Of a DNA stretch of 64,000 bases, positions 61,984 to 64,000 are shown one piece after another; position 1 is the first letter of the stretch; each line of letters opens with the position of its first letter. The position numbers and the translations under genes are program-made. Below the pieces are notes generated by a model that saw only the letters and a list, made by a program, of their open reading frames with translations, was not told the DNA's origin and ran no database searches. The DNA is from Thermovirga sp. (GTDB taxonomy: Bacteria > Synergistota > Synergistia > Synergistales > Thermovirgaceae): contig NZ_JACDOB010000005.1 of assembly GCF_017656375.1 (NCBI RefSeq), forward strand, positions 1,719-65,718, in the 5' to 3' direction.

Positions 61984-63159
61984 ATGAAAAAAATAAAAAT
62001 AAAGTTTATAGAAAACAACTTAAGGCTCTTGGTAATAGCCTTATCACACTTCGTGAACGATATTCATAGTGCTTTCCTGCCCACGTTTATCCCTATTATA
62101 GTAGAACAGCTTGGAATCGGTTATGGACAAGCAGGCCTTTTGAAATCATTATCGGGTATCATCCACATGCTCATACAACCAATGGCCGGTTATATGTCGG
62201 ATTCATTCTCAAGGCCTTATGCCATTGTAGCAGGCCCCTTCATGACTGCATTTGGGGCAAGCATGCTGCCACTTAGCCATTCCTATGGAATGGCATTCCT
62301 CTTTGTAGGGTTATGGAGTATGGGAAGTGCAATATACCATCCACTAGGGAATGGGGGAGTTGGACACATAGTACCTCCATGGAAATTAGCTTCATCCTTG
62401 GCCATATTCTCCGTTGGTGGAGTTCTAGGTGCTACTATAAGCCCTCTTTACGCCATTACTCTTTATAAAATATTCGGCCCCACTTTCCTTCTGCCATTGG
62501 GAGCTATGATCCCCGTGGCTGTCGTCTCTTACCTCATATGGAAGACGTTCCCCACCCTCTCTAGCAACAGTTCCAGTGATAAACCTTCTCCACTCAACTT
62601 CCTCCAAACTACCATGCGCGTGTTCAAGACAATATTCCCAATTTGGACAGTATCAGTATCCAGAGATACCGCAACACAAGGAATAAAATTCTTCCTCCCC
62701 CTCTTGATAGCCTCAAAAGGAGGAAATATCGTGGATATAGGGACGATATTGTTCATAATAAGTATCATCGGAGCTATCTCTCCAATTCTAGGCGGAAGGC
62801 TTGCAGATAAGCTAGGTGATAAAAGGGTAATAATCGTCGTTATGACGTTAGCCCCTGTATTTCTACTCCCTGCAGCACTCACTGAGGGACTCACTTCAAT
62901 AGCCTTATATGTGGTAGGCATTGCCCTGTTACAAGCTATTTTGCCTGTAACAGGAGCTGCAGCACAAAAAAAAGCGCCTGAATCTAGAAGTGTTGTAGCA
63001 TCTCTTGTTGGCGGACTTGCTTACGGCTTGGGAGGAATCCTGGTGGCCCCCCTTGGAATTTTTGCAGACATTTGGGGATTAGAAGCCACCCTTTCGTTTA
63101 TAGCCCTTCTTCCATGGCTTCCCATGTCCCTATTCTTCTTGCGGCACAAATCTTTATAA
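61984..63159 (+). CDS. MFS transporter
   Basis: About 12 TM. ATG at 61984 after a GAGGTGA SD. Confidence 0.75.
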   Translation: MKKIKIKFIENNLRLLVIALSHFVNDIHSAFLPTFIPIIVEQLGIGYGQAGLLKSLSGIIHMLIQPMAGYMSDSFSRPYAIVAGPFMTAFGASMLPLSHSYGMAFLFVGLWSMGSAIYHPLGNGGVGHIVPPWKLASSLAIFSVGGVLGATISPLYAITLYKIFGPTFLLPLGAMIPVAVVSYLIWKTFPTLSSNSSSDKPSPLNFLQTTMRVFKTIFPIWTVSVSRDTATQGIKFFLPLLIASKGGNIVDIGTILFIISIIGAISPILGGRLADKLGDKRVIIVVMTLAPVFLLPAALTEGLTSIALYVVGIALLQAILPVTGAAAQKKAPESRSVVASLVGGLAYGLGGILVAPLGIFADIWGLEATLSFIALLPWLPMSLFFLRHKSL

Positions 63160-63184
63160 TCTATAGCATATCACCGAAATGATG

Positions 63185-63193
63185 TGTTATAAT
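63185..63193 (+). promoter_or_regulatory. Extended -10 promoter element (TGTTATAAT)
   Basis: TG at 63185-63186, TATAAT at 63188-63193. Confidence 0.45.
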
Positions 63194-63218
63194 GTCGCAC
63201 TGAAGGAGGGTGATTTAA

Positions 63219-63539
63219 TTGCTTAAAATGGAAGTAGATCAGTATCTTGATTTGCACAAAAAGATGGAAGCTCGTGCTGAGGAATTATGCAGGCTTTATA
63301 TGAAGGCTTATTTTGATGTAGAGGCCAGTGACATAATGGTCACTAACCTTGAAGCAGGCAAAAGCGGCCGCATAAAGATAATGTTTACCGAATCGACTAC
63401 CAACACGGAAGAGATACTTAACCTGCCTTTAGAGTATTTTTGGCTCACAAACGATGAGGTAAAAGTACGAATGTCCCTGGACAAGGAAGAAAAAGAAAAA
63501 CTGAGAAAGCAAAAACACCAACAAAAGGACAAAAAATAA
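63219..63539 (+). CDS. Hypothetical protein with a Lys/Glu-rich tail
   Basis: AAGGAGGG SD. 106 aa ending in EEKEKLRKQKHQQKDKK. No recognisable motif. Confidence 0.5.
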   Translation: MLKMEVDQYLDLHKKMEARAEELCRLYMKAYFDVEASDIMVTNLEAGKSGRIKIMFTESTTNTEEILNLPLEYFWLTNDEVKVRMSLDKEEKEKLRKQKHQQKDKK

Positions 63540-63551
63540 CATTAACTTTAA

Positions 63552-64000
63552 TTATTCTTTTTGGGGGCCTTCATTGACGGGTCCCCAAAAAGATAGAAGA
63601 GCGGCAATAGTAGCCACGAAAACTACCCCATAATAGGCAACGACCACCGAAGTTTTACCCAAAAATCCTCCTATCAGTGGGCCAAAGGCCCATGCCATGT
63701 CATCAGAGGTGATGACAGCCGTAAGCAAGGCGTTCTTCTCATATTTTATCCTTTCAACAGCAACTGAAATAAGGGTGGGCTGCAGGGGAGCAAAAGCTAT
63801 CCCTAACAAAAAAGAGCACATCAATATCAGTAATGGATCATGAAAAACAACAATTCCTGCTGCAGATAGGGCCATTGCAGAAAAACCAAGCACCAAAACA
63901 ATTCTTGGAGAAACCTTGCTAACCCATACAGCCAGAGGTCCCCTAACCAGCAATGTTCCCACTGCATAAGGAGTAAAAAACCTCCACAGAGATATTCCTT
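63552..64000 (-). CDS. MFS transporter, C-terminal part (the gene continues past the right edge)
   Basis: Hydrophobic helices. My reading of the frame stays open upstream of the track start, through 63963-64000 (…NISLWRFFTPYAVGTLL…). Confidence 0.6.
   Translation of the reverse strand, partial: GISLWRFFTPYAVGTLLVRGPLAVWVSKVSPRIVLVLGFSAMALSAAGIVVFHDPLLILMCSFLLGIAFAPLQPTLISVAVERIKYEKNALLTAVITSDDMAWAFGPLIGGFLGKTSVVVAYYGVVFVATIAALLSFWGPVNEGPQKE

Noticed and set aside
1-64000. Mobile elements, prophage, defence islands, tRNA/rRNA genes, CRISPR arrays
   Set aside because: I scanned the ORF translations and intergenic regions. I found no transposase, integrase, recombinase, Cas, restriction-modification or toxin-antitoxin signature, and no tRNA-like or repeat-spacer structure.

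Overview
This is a gene-dense 64 kb window with about 62 CDS. I found no rRNA, tRNA, CRISPR array, transposase, integrase or phage gene. It reads like core chromosome of a strictly anaerobic bacterium that ferments amino acids and organic acids. The gene content and my rough impression of the GC content suggest Synergistota, but that is only a guess.

Main blocks, left to right:
- 1-8677 (-): one long co-directional cluster. It holds two-subunit class I fumarase, an AAEx-type transporter, split B12 methylmalonyl-CoA mutase, the epimerase, and the Na+-pumping methylmalonyl-CoA decarboxylase genes in the order mmdA-D-C-B.
- 8709-10637: a ThrC-like PLP enzyme, then a TPP riboswitch followed by thiT.
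- 10734-14541 (-): gyrA-psd-pssA.
- 14637-24313: nitroreductase, a PfpI protease, an orphan CooC-like ATPase, a secreted protein built from four repeat modules, an EamA transporter plus an RpiA-like protein, otsA, yjbQ, a Mut7-C protein and an aminotransferase.
- 24504-26012: a PaaK-type phenylacetate-CoA ligase behind a promoter, a Phe-codon leader ORF and a terminator.
- 26026-29219 (-): hypothetical protein, eukaryote-type carnitine/choline O-acyltransferase, EamA transporter.
- 29444-31664: a PAS-GGDEF protein and a crotonase.
- 31792-38518: an IclR regulator plus a histidine-utilisation cluster (formimidoyltransferase, hutI, cyclodeaminase, hutU, an arginase-fold HutG-like protein).
- 38557-40466: cysE-cysK behind a Cys-codon leader peptide and a terminator/antiterminator.
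- 40515-64000: an ArsB/NhaD permease, a GAF-GGDEF/cupin/HExxH/TPR operon, gpsA, ferredoxin, cca, a degenerate GGDEF protein plus nitroreductase, MFS transporters, PolX, a five-gene Opp/Dpp-type ABC transporter, queT and an M20 peptidase.

The two most interesting items are hand-found, trp-style leader-peptide attenuators:
- MKINSFKFCCCRQMVS upstream of cysE-cysK.
- A 31-codon ORF containing FFFF upstream of the phenylacetate-CoA ligase.

Other items worth a second look:
- The bacterial carnitine-acyltransferase operon.
- The four-module secreted repeat protein.
- A c-di-GMP-linked four-gene operon.

All calls come from reading the sequence and ORF translations by eye. No database search or folding program was run.
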